NCBI GenBank assembly: GCA_048939015.1
Contig: JBHLPW010000051.1
Span: forward strand, 1-34,976
Origin: Promethearchaeota archaeon
GTDB taxonomy: Archaea > Asgardarchaeota > Lokiarchaeia > Sigyniarchaeales > SOKP01
Length of the DNA stretch: 34,976 nucleotides
Direction: 5' to 3'
This document shows, one piece after another, positions 28,999 through 34,976 of the stretch; position 1 is the first letter of the stretch, and each line of letters opens with the position of its first letter. The translations under genes were made by a program, and so were the position numbers. Under the pieces are notes generated by a model, which made no database searches, was not told the DNA's origin, and saw only the letters and a list, made by a program, of their open reading frames with translations.

Positions 28999-29126
28999 TT
29001 TTACAGTTTTGTATAAAATAACTATAAAAATAAAGCAAACTTCCCTTTCTATAATCCAATTTTAATTAAAATTATAAATCAATATTGAGTACATTTTAAT
29101 TTTATAATATTGATAGGTCTAAGAAT
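28999..29126 (+). repeat. Duplicated upstream region, copy 2
   Basis: Collinear match to 26245-26371. Confidence 0.85.
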
Positions 29127-31796
29127 ATGAGAAAAACTAAATCAAAAATGTTAATTTTACTACTACTATTTCCGATGATTTTAAGCTTAGGATTGTTTGC
29201 TACTGATATAAAAGGAGGATCAACGATCCCGGAGCCAAGTCCTGACAATAGTTGGCATTGGGGTGTGGATGCAGGTGATATGATAATAATGGAGACGGAG
29301 CTTATCGGGACCAATTTTGGCACTGGTGGAGTAACAATGGTGAGAAATTTCGATATATATAACATAACTTCCATCATAAATGAGACTGGTGATGCAATGA
29401 GTTTACATCCAAATCAAGAATTTTCAAAAGTTATGGTAGATCAATTATGGGAAGATTCAGTAGGAGTTTTATCGCCTTCAATAAACGTTAATATGCCTAT
29501 TGCAAGTTTTGGATATAATGATACTCTTTCAAAAGAGTTTTACCAACCTATGCCTTACAGTCTTGCCCCTATGATACTGCCTATAAACGATACTGTTGTA
29601 GATGTTTCCTTAATGGCTTCAATACTTAATGAAACGTATGTAAGTCCTATGGAAGGTTTCTTCAATAAATTCGACGATTTCATTGTTGATATAGGTAAAA
29701 CAGAATTTACATTCATAAATAGTACTGATGGATACTATTTTAGAGCCAGTTATTACCCAAATAATGGAACGATAAAAGATATGGATGCATATTATTTAAT
29801 TAATATGGGAGCCTGGGTCTCGTTTAATATAACATCAAAAAGAGTATTTGATTTTGATGGTACTGATGAAGTCGTATGGGGTGTTAGTCCTGGAGAAACG
29901 TATTATTATTACGTGAATCAAACCGGATATGGGACATATCTAACAAGATTAGAAATAGAAGGATTTAATAAAGCAGTTTATTGGAGTAAGAATTGGACAG
30001 CATTTAATATTCTCTGGCCAATGGTATTTGAAGAAGTGTTAATTTCAATGTCAATGTGGAATGGAACAGGATGGCAGTCGGTAATGACAAGCTACCCTTT
30101 ATCAGCTGCGAATAATTTTTACCCAATGTGTTACCCGATTTTGGAAATGTTAACAGCATCAGGACAACTTGGATTTCTTATTCCGACAAGTGCGACATTC
30201 GATGATTTTATGTTTATGGTTAATAACCACACAGCCGACCTTACTACATGGTTTCCTTTTGATACAGTTTATTATGAAATTACCGGCAATATTTTGAATA
30301 TGACATTGATGCAATCTGGAAATGGTCAGGAGGCTCATGCTATATTCAATTTTAATACTGGATTTGCAGAATTACAATCCGTATATTATTTGGGAGAATT
30401 ATTTATATGGTTTGAGAAAGCTGATCAATTAGTGGAATGGGGTGTTGGTATCGGAGATTATCTTTACTTGACGCAAAATTTTGGTGATAGCTTAACTAAC
30501 AAACGAGCCATTATAACATCTATTAATTATGCTTTTTACGATGTAACTACATTGGGCGTTTCAATACCATCAGGGCAGCCTAAATTTCAGTTTTTCACAG
30601 AAATTCATGCTGAATTTGCTCAATGGTTGCCAGCCACTGAAGAGTGGTATACTTATGGTACGAGTATACTTTCTGCTGCGAATGAATATTGGCCATTTGC
30701 TCCTTATTTAATGGGGACCTCTCCGCCACTTTTAATGCCAAAAGGAACAACTACAACAGATTTACAATATTGGTCCGATTCGATGGCATCTATGTATGAT
30801 AGTATAACTTATAATCCTGGTCATATTATCTTTAGAAATACCACAGCAAATAAAGAACTGAACATGATTTTTAACGAAACAACGGGAATATTTAAATATT
30901 TTGGTGGATATTACTATATGGGCGATTGGGTGTATATGTCAATGTACCAAGAATTCATTCAAAACTTGAACACTGGAACAAACAATTTCGTACTTTTAGA
31001 TAATTATGATATGGATTCAACAGTAACGGTTAATATTGATGTCCAAGTTGGGAGCACCACACCAGATTTCATCTATGCCTTATTACCCTATAATCCGATT
31101 GGAATATCATTGCCTAATGGAACTGCATTACTCTACTTGGATCATAAAATAACTAATTATACTGTAATAGATGGAAACGTTACTATGACTGTTCAGTTCC
31201 CATCTTCAATTCACTTTAGTATAGATACTATCTATTTTTGGGTTTGGAACGTGAGTAGTACATCCCAATGGATTTTACCAACTCAAACTATAATCTATAA
31301 TTACGGATCAAATTCAATAACTATAGAGTTTCCCATAACAGAACCCTATTATGAGTTATATGCTGTCTCAGTTGAATATGGCCCACCTAGTAGTTCCACA
31401 TTGAGTTCAGATGCGGGAGTTCCTACTGACGATGATGGAGATTTCACTCTTACATGGGACGCTGCTACTGGAGCTGTGAGTTACTCAGTATATGAATACT
31501 CAAAGTTCATCACAGAAATAAACGGTTCTTTAACATCATTAGCTACTGACATTACGAGTCTCTCACACTCATTGACAGGATATACTAACGGAACATATTA
31601 CTTTATTGTAGTCGCCCATAATAGTGCTGGTGATACGCTCACTAATTGTATTTCAGTTGAAGTTGCAATTCCTCCAGAACCACCTACTGATGGCGGTGGA
31701 ACACCCCCAATACCAGGTTATGATTTATTCTTCTTAGCATTAGCAATGATTACTGTATCTACGATTGCAGTTAAAAAGGTACGAAAAAAAAAATAA
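29127..31796 (+). CDS. Surface glycoprotein paralog B with an extra FN3/Ig-like module and Loki-CTERM-type tail
   Basis: Collinear with paralog A (IPEPSP.NSWHWGV, YYFRASYYPNNGT, AANNFYPMC, AANEYWP); extra ~95 aa module FTLTW..A.SYSVY..GTYYFIVVAHN..G at ~31380-31670. Confidence 0.85.
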   Translation: MRKTKSKMLILLLLFPMILSLGLFATDIKGGSTIPEPSPDNSWHWGVDAGDMIIMETELIGTNFGTGGVTMVRNFDIYNITSIINETGDAMSLHPNQEFSKVMVDQLWEDSVGVLSPSINVNMPIASFGYNDTLSKEFYQPMPYSLAPMILPINDTVVDVSLMASILNETYVSPMEGFFNKFDDFIVDIGKTEFTFINSTDGYYFRASYYPNNGTIKDMDAYYLINMGAWVSFNITSKRVFDFDGTDEVVWGVSPGETYYYYVNQTGYGTYLTRLEIEGFNKAVYWSKNWTAFNILWPMVFEEVLISMSMWNGTGWQSVMTSYPLSAANNFYPMCYPILEMLTASGQLGFLIPTSATFDDFMFMVNNHTADLTTWFPFDTVYYEITGNILNMTLMQSGNGQEAHAIFNFNTGFAELQSVYYLGELFIWFEKADQLVEWGVGIGDYLYLTQNFGDSLTNKRAIITSINYAFYDVTTLGVSIPSGQPKFQFFTEIHAEFAQWLPATEEWYTYGTSILSAANEYWPFAPYLMGTSPPLLMPKGTTTTDLQYWSDSMASMYDSITYNPGHIIFRNTTANKELNMIFNETTGIFKYFGGYYYMGDWVYMSMYQEFIQNLNTGTNNFVLLDNYDMDSTVTVNIDVQVGSTTPDFIYALLPYNPIGISLPNGTALLYLDHKITNYTVIDGNVTMTVQFPSSIHFSIDTIYFWVWNVSSTSQWILPTQTIIYNYGSNSITIEFPITEPYYELYAVSVEYGPPSSSTLSSDAGVPTDDDGDFTLTWDAATGAVSYSVYEYSKFITEINGSLTSLATDITSLSHSLTGYTNGTYYFIVVAHNSAGDTLTNCISVEVAIPPEPPTDGGGTPPIPGYDLFFLALAMITVSTIAVKKVRKKK

Positions 31797-32050
31797 AAAT
31801 CTAAAATTTACTATTCTTTTTTTTTAATTGTCTTATTTGTCTTCTAATTATATAGTAAAGTATGCAAGAATATCCACGTATAAATCAAAAATTAAATCAT
31901 ACTTTTTTGAGTATTACTTTAACCAATAATTTTTTATATCAACAAGTATTTAAGTAAAGATATAATTCAGCTGAAAATATCGGGTTTTATTAAAATTTAA
32001 AACTAATTTTAATAATTCGAACTATTTTTAATAATTCGTGAGTGATTAAT

Positions 32051-33718
32051 ATGGAACTCGAAAGACCAGAGAAAAAAGGATATGAAATAGCGGCAGAAAT
32101 AGAACAAAAGAAATCCACAGAAGAAAGAATGCAAGAAGAGTTGAGATATGAAAAACGTCATCAAGATTGGACTTATAAGTTAATGAAGTACAATCCTATT
32201 GATCCCCTAAATGATTTATATCGATATATTATCAAAAGAATGGATTTAAAACCCATTGAAGGGCGATTACAATGGTGGGCAGCTTATATATACATTAAAT
32301 GGGCTGTTAGAACATTCTGGAACTTCAAAGCAGAATATCCAAAAGGCAATATGTTTCCAGAATATGGTCCAGGTATTTTGGTGGGAAATCACGAATCACA
32401 CATTGATCCATTCTTTTATGGAGCAGCTTGTCATCGTAGGATTCGATATATGAGCAAATTGGATAACTTTAAGACACCTATTGTTAGAACTCTCTTCAAT
32501 AACCTTGGAGCTTTTAAAGTTGATCGTGAAAACCCTGAACGAGGATGGGAAAAAGCAAAAGAAGTAATCCAAGGAGGAGAGTGGGTTGGAATCTTCCCAG
32601 AAGGAACACGTTCTAAGGACGGAACATTAGGAGAATTTAAAACAGGAGCAGTTAGACTGGCAATTGAAATGGATGTTCCAATTGTACCTATGGCAGTGGT
32701 GGGTTCTAGGAATGCTTTGCCAAAAGGTAATTTAGTAATGAAACCGACTCAAGTAATAGTACGGGTTGGTGATCCAATTTACTATAAAGATTATGATATC
32801 AATAGCGTATCTTATGAAGATATTAGAAGATTAACAGATGAATTGCGAACTTTTGTTTGGGAATTGCGTGAAGGAATCTATGGAAAAGAAGATATAGAAG
32901 AACTTTCCATTGGTTCACCAGAAGAAACTGAGAAAAAACCTAAATTTAATTTTATGAGCTATTTAAAAGATCAAGGGAAAGGAATTCTTAGACTTATTGA
33001 TGATTCATGGTATACTCTTTTGAAGAGTTTGGAAGAATTTGGAGTACGTCGACAATTTCAAAAAACAATAATGACATTTTCAGGGGAATTAGTTGGTTCT
33101 TGGTCTGATATGATGATGCCTTATAAAGTAATTGATTTTGAAAAATACATTCCTAAAGAAGGAGGAGTTCTTCTTTGTCCAAGTCATAATTCTGAATGGG
33201 ATGTTCTTATACTAGCCACAACCTTAATTCGTCATCCTCCCAGACGCGTAATGTGGCAGATGGCAAAACAGTCACTATTTAAGATACCAATAGTTAATGC
33301 CTGGGTACGAAATCATCATGCTTTTCCTTTGAAACGAGGAGAACATGATGTAGACGCTTATAATTATGCAAGAGAACTTCTTGAACAAGGAGAATGTGTT
33401 TGTACATATCCTGAAGGAACTACAAATACTGGAAATGGTCAACTTTTAGAAGGTCATACTGGTCCTATGCGATTAGCAATAGAAACACAAGTACCAATAA
33501 TTCCTATTGGAATAACGGGCACTGAAGCTACATACCCTAAGCATGCTAAAATGTTAAATTTCTATAAAGGGCAAATACTAAAAGCAGGACCACCTTTTAT
33601 GGAACATCAGAAATATTGGGGTAAACCAATGCCCGACTACAATGAGCTTAAAAGATTAACAACAAAAATGATGGATCAAATCAGAGACTTGCTTTTCTAC
33701 GGCGAACCAGATGCTTGA
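32051..33718 (+). CDS. Tandem (two-domain) PlsC-family glycerolipid acyltransferase
   Basis: Domain 1 NHESHID..FPEGTRS; domain 2 SHNSEWD..YPEGT; both HX4D motifs intact; start GTG 32042 or ATG 32051. Confidence 0.9.
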   Translation: MELERPEKKGYEIAAEIEQKKSTEERMQEELRYEKRHQDWTYKLMKYNPIDPLNDLYRYIIKRMDLKPIEGRLQWWAAYIYIKWAVRTFWNFKAEYPKGNMFPEYGPGILVGNHESHIDPFFYGAACHRRIRYMSKLDNFKTPIVRTLFNNLGAFKVDRENPERGWEKAKEVIQGGEWVGIFPEGTRSKDGTLGEFKTGAVRLAIEMDVPIVPMAVVGSRNALPKGNLVMKPTQVIVRVGDPIYYKDYDINSVSYEDIRRLTDELRTFVWELREGIYGKEDIEELSIGSPEETEKKPKFNFMSYLKDQGKGILRLIDDSWYTLLKSLEEFGVRRQFQKTIMTFSGELVGSWSDMMMPYKVIDFEKYIPKEGGVLLCPSHNSEWDVLILATTLIRHPPRRVMWQMAKQSLFKIPIVNAWVRNHHAFPLKRGEHDVDAYNYARELLEQGECVCTYPEGTTNTGNGQLLEGHTGPMRLAIETQVPIIPIGITGTEATYPKHAKMLNFYKGQILKAGPPFMEHQKYWGKPMPDYNELKRLTTKMMDQIRDLLFYGEPDA

Positions 33719-33738
33719 GTTATTGAGGAACTAAATAG

Positions 33739-34806
33739 ATGGAAGTAAGTCAACAAAAAACTCAGAAAAAAATTAAAGTAGGCATTCCACGAGCTCTTCA
33801 TTTTTATAGATATTTTCCTTTCTGGAAAAAATTACTTGAAGAATTAGATGTGGAAATCGTTTTAAGTCCACCCACCAATAAGAAAATAGTTGAAGAGGGT
33901 GTTACTCATGGATTTGGAGAGCTCTGTATTCCTGTGAAGATTTATTATGGTCAGACATTAAAATTATTACGAGATCATCCTGATTTGGATTACATTTTTG
34001 TACCTAGATATGTAGCAGAAGTTAAGGAAGCTTATTTCTGTCCTAAGTTTTTATCTCTACCTGACGTGATTAAAATTTTACCAGAAGTACCGAAACTATT
34101 AAACTTCGAAGTAAATGTCAAGGAGTTTCCAATAGCAACATCTGCAATTGAACTTGGAAAACAATTAGGAAAAAACCAAAATCAAGCTTTAAATGCATAT
34201 AGGGAAGCTCAAAAATATTTTGATGAATATCATAGATTTTTACGCGATGGAGCTGCAGTTAATCATGCATTACGTCTAGTAGAAAGGGATCGTCCATTTA
34301 TTCTACCCAAGCGAAAGCATAAAGGAGACCTAAAATTCTTACTTTTAGGGCATGCTTATAACATTTTTGATACCTTTATTAATTTGGATTTCCAGAAAAA
34401 ACTACGAGATCAAGGAGTTAAAGTTATAACAATTGAGAACTTACCAGAATCAATATTTAAAGAACCAGTAATTATTAATCCAAAAGGTGGAAGGCTTCGA
34501 AACTACTGGAAGCATGAAGAAGAAATTTTAGCTGCTATGCGATATTTCCTTACTAAAGGTCGTGAAGAGATAGATGGCGTTATTTTTCTTATTAGTTTTG
34601 CTTGCGGTCCAGATAGTCTTATCTCAGAATTAATTAAACACGATATGAAAGTTGTTGGATTACCCTTCTTAGAAATTATTATGGATGAACATTCAGGAGA
34701 GGCAGGTTTATTAACACGTGTAGAAAGTTTTGTTGAGATGGTAAGACGCAAAAAGAAAAAGCTCGAGATAGATTCAAGAAAAACTCAATATGTGAAAACT
34801 GTTTAA
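33739..34806 (+). CDS. DUF2229 / acyl-CoA dehydratase activase-related protein (2-hydroxyacyl-CoA dehydratase-like Fe-S subunit)
   Basis: KVGIPRAL..Y.PFW, ELCIPVK, YFCPKF..LPD, LGHAYN..D..IN, SFACGPDS, DEHSGEAG..TRVESF; three conserved Cys. Confidence 0.85.
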   Translation: MEVSQQKTQKKIKVGIPRALHFYRYFPFWKKLLEELDVEIVLSPPTNKKIVEEGVTHGFGELCIPVKIYYGQTLKLLRDHPDLDYIFVPRYVAEVKEAYFCPKFLSLPDVIKILPEVPKLLNFEVNVKEFPIATSAIELGKQLGKNQNQALNAYREAQKYFDEYHRFLRDGAAVNHALRLVERDRPFILPKRKHKGDLKFLLLGHAYNIFDTFINLDFQKKLRDQGVKVITIENLPESIFKEPVIINPKGGRLRNYWKHEEEILAAMRYFLTKGREEIDGVIFLISFACGPDSLISELIKHDMKVVGLPFLEIIMDEHSGEAGLLTRVESFVEMVRRKKKKLEIDSRKTQYVKTV

Positions 34807-34976
34807 GTACATTTTCTTATCACCAAGTTGATCTAGATTGAATATAATATTCGTCTGATTAAAACCGCTAAAAATTTAATTATTTGTTATGTTACTTGTA
34901 TTTATATTTAAAATGATTTAATTTGGACTGAATTGGGATTATTTTATCACAGATTTTCTTTTAAAGTTAAAATTTA

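Noticed and set aside
28816-29016. 66-aa hydrophobic ORF between the surface-protein paralogs
   Set aside because: TTG start without an RBS, and its 3' end runs into the duplicated promoter. It could be a membrane-protein remnant but cannot be supported
6586-33718. Selenocysteine readthrough at TGA-ending genes (stops at 7266, 12141, 13850, 33718)
   Set aside because: The proteins appear complete, further stops follow closely where checked, and none is a known selenoprotein family
132-34751. Short ORFs antisense to or nested within long genes (132-338, 2096-2293, 5831-6037, 8317-8526, 9462-9761, 10865-11077, 16702-16884, 17739-17972, 19000-19326, 20102-20527, 22714-22917, 23159-23353, 27832-28023, 29102-29377, 32256-32453, 34503-34751)
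   Set aside because: They overlap well-supported genes, have shadow-ORF composition and show no motifs
1-34976. tRNA, rRNA, transposase, integrase or proviral genes
   Set aside because: No GC-rich structured RNA segments or mobile-element protein motifs were seen

Overview
An AT-rich (roughly 30% GC by eye) archaeal chromosomal segment, most likely from a Lokiarchaeia (Asgard) genome. The evidence is three Ras-superfamily small GTPases (one fused to a longin domain), two large surface proteins with an IPGY-TM-basic (Loki-CTERM-type) tail, a short XPF nuclease, a PUA/MCT-1 protein, TATA-type promoters, GAGGTGA ribosome-binding sites and T-tract terminators. Most other genes serve fatty-acyl/lipid metabolism (acyl-CoA ligase, acyl-CoA dehydrogenase, crotonase, 3-hydroxyacyl-CoA dehydrogenase, HxxxDG acyltransferase, steroid 5-alpha-reductase homolog, tandem PlsC) or amino-acid fermentation (tryptophanase, hydroxyproline dehydratase-type glycyl radical enzyme). 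I saw no rRNA, tRNA, CRISPR array or transposase. Two candidates stand out. (1) A Rab-like GTPase fused to a ribbon-helix-helix DNA-binding domain, whose promoter carries two 19-bp direct repeats bracketing the TATA box; this is a candidate nucleotide-sensing autoregulatory transcription factor. (2) A double-domain PlsC acyltransferase coupled to a DUF2229 (PlsA/Ger-related) gene; this is a candidate route to fatty-acyl ester/ether lipids in an Asgard archaeon. All calls come from motif recognition by eye; no searches were run.
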